From the NCBI GenBank assembly GCA_964016885.1, contig OZ024741.1:372124001-372188000 (forward strand): 64,000 nt of DNA, read 5' to 3'. Of the stretch, positions 60,209-64,000 are shown piece after piece. This DNA is from Eledone cirrhosa. Lineage: Eukaryota. The translations under genes and the position numbers were made by a program. A model generated the notes under the pieces. It worked only from the letters and a program-made list of their open reading frames with translations. It searched no databases and was not told where the DNA came from. Position 1 is the stretch's first letter, and each line of letters starts with the position of its first letter.

Positions 60209-60866
60209 GTATTTTTCTCTAAATATAGTTTTTAAAGAATCCCCTTTCCTTAAATCCATCAGCCAATGACCTCCACCCGTCCCAGTCACCACCCCCTCTG
60301 CTTCTCGAAAAAGGTTTCCCATGCCTGTTCTAAAGGTTTACTACTACAAAAGATACCGGGCAAAAGGAAAACGTTTCCATCTACCAATATATCAGGCGAG
60401 AAACAAAGTGCGTAACTCGGAAATCAGAGAATCACTCCAGGTAGAGCTGCTATTTCTCCGAAATGAGAGCTCACAGCTCATATACTACGAGCATGTGGTT
60501 AGAATGTCTCAGGAAAGAACCCTTTCGAGGTCGATAAAAAAGTAGCAGTCTATTATGGTGGATTCTTTTTCTGCACCTCTTTCACACTTCTTCTCTCTCA
60601 CTTTCCATCCTTCTCTGGAAGAAATCTGCTGTATCCAGACCCGGAGAGGGCTGGGCTCCGCTAGGCTTACAAAAATACCATAGAAACGCCGTATGTCAAT
60701 ATAGCGCCCCTACGACTCCATCACAAGTTACTGGACCATACGTACATACATAAATACATATGTATGTACAAGTCTGTTTCATATAGGTGCACACGAATAA
60801 ACCTACACAAACACACTCATGCAATAACAAACTTATACCTTTCACACACAATTGCTCATACCCGAA

Positions 60867-60917
<51 letters not shown>

Positions 60918-60956
60918 TACATATTCACATACACTCAATGTTGCTATTTAACTGAC

Positions 60957-61399
60957 CGATGTTAATTCAGGTAGACCTGGTATCTCAATCCTCCATCCTT
61001 CATCATCAGAGAGATGGAGATGTAATTTGTTCATCTTGTATGTAGCCATAGCTTCTATCAACTTCAGAATACACTCTTTGCTGTGAAAATTCCGACCCAA
61101 GTCGATCTCGACACCCCGATAAGAGTAGCGAGGTCCGTCGCTGATGAAGCCTACAGGTATGGTGTAGCCATCGATAGGATTGCCTGACTTCAAACTGAGC
61201 AGCGATTGCACACCGTAAAAGACACCTGCTTGGCCCACACCTGTTATCACGATTTTCTCTTCATCTTCGTTAATTTCTATCTCGTAATCCTCATTAGTAT
61301 ATGTTCTTGATCCTCCTGTATCCAAATATAATTTTCCAAGTGTGAGGAAAATAAATTTCGGATACGAAGCCCTTTTCACGATTCTGATGTTTAGTTTGT
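60957..61399 (-). CDS. GH20 beta-hexosaminidase exon (GH20b domain and start of the catalytic barrel)
   Basis: 443 nt, GACAG acceptor (phase 1) and GTCAGT donor (phase 0). Encodes GVFYGVQSL, DGPRYSYRG and NKLHLHLSDDEGWRIEIPGLPELT. Confidence 0.93.
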
Positions 61400-61767
61400 C
61401 TGTCAATAATAAATATTACTCATAGTTAGCAATAAATAGCCTTAACATGGCGTGATACATAATAGAGATACATATAGATATGCAGGCATATAAAATAGGT
61501 TTGTATATAATATACATATAGAAGTTTCGTTATGAATATTTTAAGCTGTGTTCATGTTACAAATATCTCAATAGCCGTGTGAGAGATAACTGACATGATC
61601 ACAGCTTTAAACATTCATAGCAAGACTTATATATGTTTATTATACATAGATATATCGTATATGCCTTTATATCTGTATTCACCATAGTGATATTAACGGT
61701 GTAAAGGGTGATGGTGATGATATTTATAGGGCTGAATTTTGTTACTGTTGTGCTAGCGATGTTCATT

Positions 61768-62093
61768 GTGATGTTGTTGGTGATGGTAGCGGTGTTGTTG
61801 GTGATGATAGTGGTGTTGTTGGTGATGATAGTGATGTTGTTGGTGATGATAGTGATGTTGTTGGTGATGGTAGTGATGTTGTTGGTGATGGTAGTGGTGT
61901 TGTTGGTGATGGTAGTGATGTTGTTGGTGATGGTAGTGGTGTTGTTGGTGATGATAGTGATGTTGTTGGTGATGGTAGTGATGTTGTTGGTGATGGTAGT
62001 GGTGTTGTTGGTGATGGTAGTGATGTTGTTGGTGATGGTAGTGATGTTGTTGGTGATGGTAGTGGTGTTGTTGGTGATGGTAGTGATGTTGTT
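61768..62093. repeat. 21-bp tandem repeat, about 15 copies (intronic)
   Basis: GTGATGTTGTTGGTGATGGTA units. Confidence 0.93.
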
Positions 62094-62189
62094 GAGCAGA
62101 ATGTATGTTCAGACTACGCAAGCTTTATGGATGTATATATGTTTAGATATTTACACTCACGCTATTACACTTTAAAAGTTTGTTTTAAG

Positions 62190-62475
62190 CCGAAGGCTCA
62201 TCAGGCCGGTATATATATCCCCGGTTTTCTTGGTGTTAAGCGACTGAGAGTACAAGTCTCTCCTTGGACAGGACGCTGCTCTATCGTAGGATTAACTCTC
62301 CAGCTACTGCTGTACACTCTGTACATAGAGTGCAGTACACTCTCAACTGAGTGTACTGTAGCAACGTGAAATAAAGTGTTTTGCTCAAGAACACAATGCA
62401 GCAGCCTGTGCAGGAATCGAACCGACAACATTGCGATCCTACGCCGAGCATCCTAACCATTAAGCCACCACACTA
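62190..62475 (-). mobile_element. tRNA-derived SINE
   Basis: Minus strand TGGCTTAATGG, GGTTCGATTCC and TTCTTGAGCAAAACACTTTATTTCAC. Confidence 0.8.
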
Positions 62476-62597
62476 GCAGCTTTTAAACTAGAGCAATGCT
62501 GTTTTGTTTTATCATTAACAGAACAAAACAAATAATTTTACATATTTCCGTTTACGTAGCTGCGAAAAATGGTTAACAAACCCTTTGATAATGGTTT

Positions 62598-63212
62598 CTT
62601 ATATAGGCACAAGGGGGAGGGGAAAGTCGATTAAATCGACTCCAGTGCGTGATTGGTATTTTATTTTATCGACCCCGTAAGGATGAAAGGTAAAGTTGAC
62701 CTCGGCGTGATTTAAAATCAGATCATAAAGGACCGTGACTCTATGCTGCAAAGTATGGCGTGTGACCCTCAACCGATATTGCCAATCCACGACGACTCTA
62801 CTTCATGTCTAGTATATCAATGCATTTCTTAATTTTATCGATTACGCAAATCTTGTGGAATGCCTTAAAATAGGAATCAATACTAAATAACTGATTCGAT
62901 TCAATAGGATTTTATCTTTTCCTCAATCCTAAGATTTTAACCCGTATACAAGCCATTCCTAAGAGATTATCAACGTAAGTGAAGTGGTGGCAATAAGTTA
63001 ATTCACAATTCACAAGGACAACGGATTGGAAACATGCCTCGTAGTATTTGTTCTGGTCTTTTACGTTCTGAATTCAAAACCCATCGAAGTCAACTTTTCT
63101 TTTCATTCGTCTGGTGTCAATAAAATATAAAAGGATCGGTCGTGTACAGGAGTCGATTTAATCAACTTTCACCTCCTTTCAAATTGCTGGCCTTGTGCCT
63201 AAATCAGAAACT
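62598..63212. mobile_element. Two oppositely oriented SINE family A copies (62598-62790 minus, 63020-63212 plus)
   Basis: Core and tail motifs in both orientations. Confidence 0.78.
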
Positions 63213-63380
63213 GTTGTCAGTTAATTCACAGGCAACATGATTTATCTATTATTACAACATAAAGTAGCCAGTTCGCAAACTGGTAAACGAAATTGAGTCT
63301 CATACATTGAGTTTGTCCAGAACTTTCCTGACACAACAGGACTCTTCGTCAATTGTTTAATAAAAAATAACATAACAAAC

Positions 63381-63908
63381 CTGATAGAAACTTGGCTTCA
63401 TTGACTGTTTCTTTTGTCGTTACAATCACCCAATCACTTGAATTGATAACAATTTGTTTGTGGTCTTTTATAATGTGCACTAGAGGTTTAGGTACGATTC
63501 TTTCAGCTGCCTTCTTTTGACAGTGTTCTGAAGGCAATATGTTTATACCATAGCGTTCACTTGGAGAATAAGGATGAAAATGATCCAAAGGACCCTGTCG
63601 TTTGTACTGGTCGGGTTTGATGAAAGGTTTCACAAAGTTTAAGCTTTCGCCAGCAGTGCTTTTTATAACACGTGATTTCAAGTTCTTGGCTTTCACGAAC
63701 CAGTTTGGCATTACGTCGGTTTTGGCCACTGACCAGTTCTCGCCAAAGTATCGTATCTTGAATGACTGTCCGGGATAAATGGGCTTGAAGTTTTTTGTTA
63801 GAGACATTTTGTATAAGCAGCCTTGCGTGTGAGTAAACATCACACCATACGTTTTGTCCAAATCAGTAGAAGCTATCCGCATGATGTTGCAAAAGTAAAT
63901 TTGCCAGT
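63381..63908 (-). CDS. GH20 beta-hexosaminidase exon (N-terminal chitobiase-type carbohydrate-binding region)
   Basis: WQIYFC...WSVAKTDVMPNWFV...FVKPF. The phase-1 donor at 63380 joins in frame to the next exon (FLS-D-KLNI). The acceptor position is uncertain (AAG at 63909-63911); upstream exon(s) lie outside the window. Confidence 0.85.
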
Positions 63909-64000
63909 CTTTGGTAGTTGGGTCATAGAGAAAGAAAGAAAAAATAAATAATAAAGAATGAAAGGAAACACGAATGAGAGAAGGTCATGGTGTTGTAATA

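Noticed and set aside
61708-62175. Poly-His/Gln and hydrophobic repeat ORFs
   Set aside because: They come from a 21-bp intronic tandem repeat within the GH20 gene.

Overview
AT-rich animal (eukaryotic) genomic DNA. The repeat landscape of kb-long (TA)n tracts, tRNA-derived SINEs, RTE/CR1 LINEs and Penelope-like remnants suggests a cephalopod such as an octopus; this is an inference. Host genes: CHMP3/VPS24 coding exon 1 (minus strand, 6199-6243); the large first exon of a CNNM metal transporter (plus strand, 34693-36035, with a 1-bp frameshift in an A8 run); three spliced exons of a chitobiase-type GH20 beta-hexosaminidase (minus strand, 58828-63908); and a solitary 5S rRNA gene (15366-15484). 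The rest is repeats, including a 3.2-kb 34/35-bp minisatellite and a 200-N gap. Three features stand out. (1) About a dozen fold-back palindromes, many set in (TA)n tracts, plus at least seven minimal hammerhead-ribozyme motifs (Penelope-like). (2) A non-coding, tRNA-Trp-primed LTR element with three LTRs (one inverted), an over-long PBS and a cluster of A-to-G changes resembling fossil ADAR editing. (3) A 5S rDNA cassette sitting inside an old CR1 LINE. All alignments were done by eye, so repeat boundaries are approximate unless a TSD or splice site is cited. The long YIYI-type ORFs are microsatellite artefacts.
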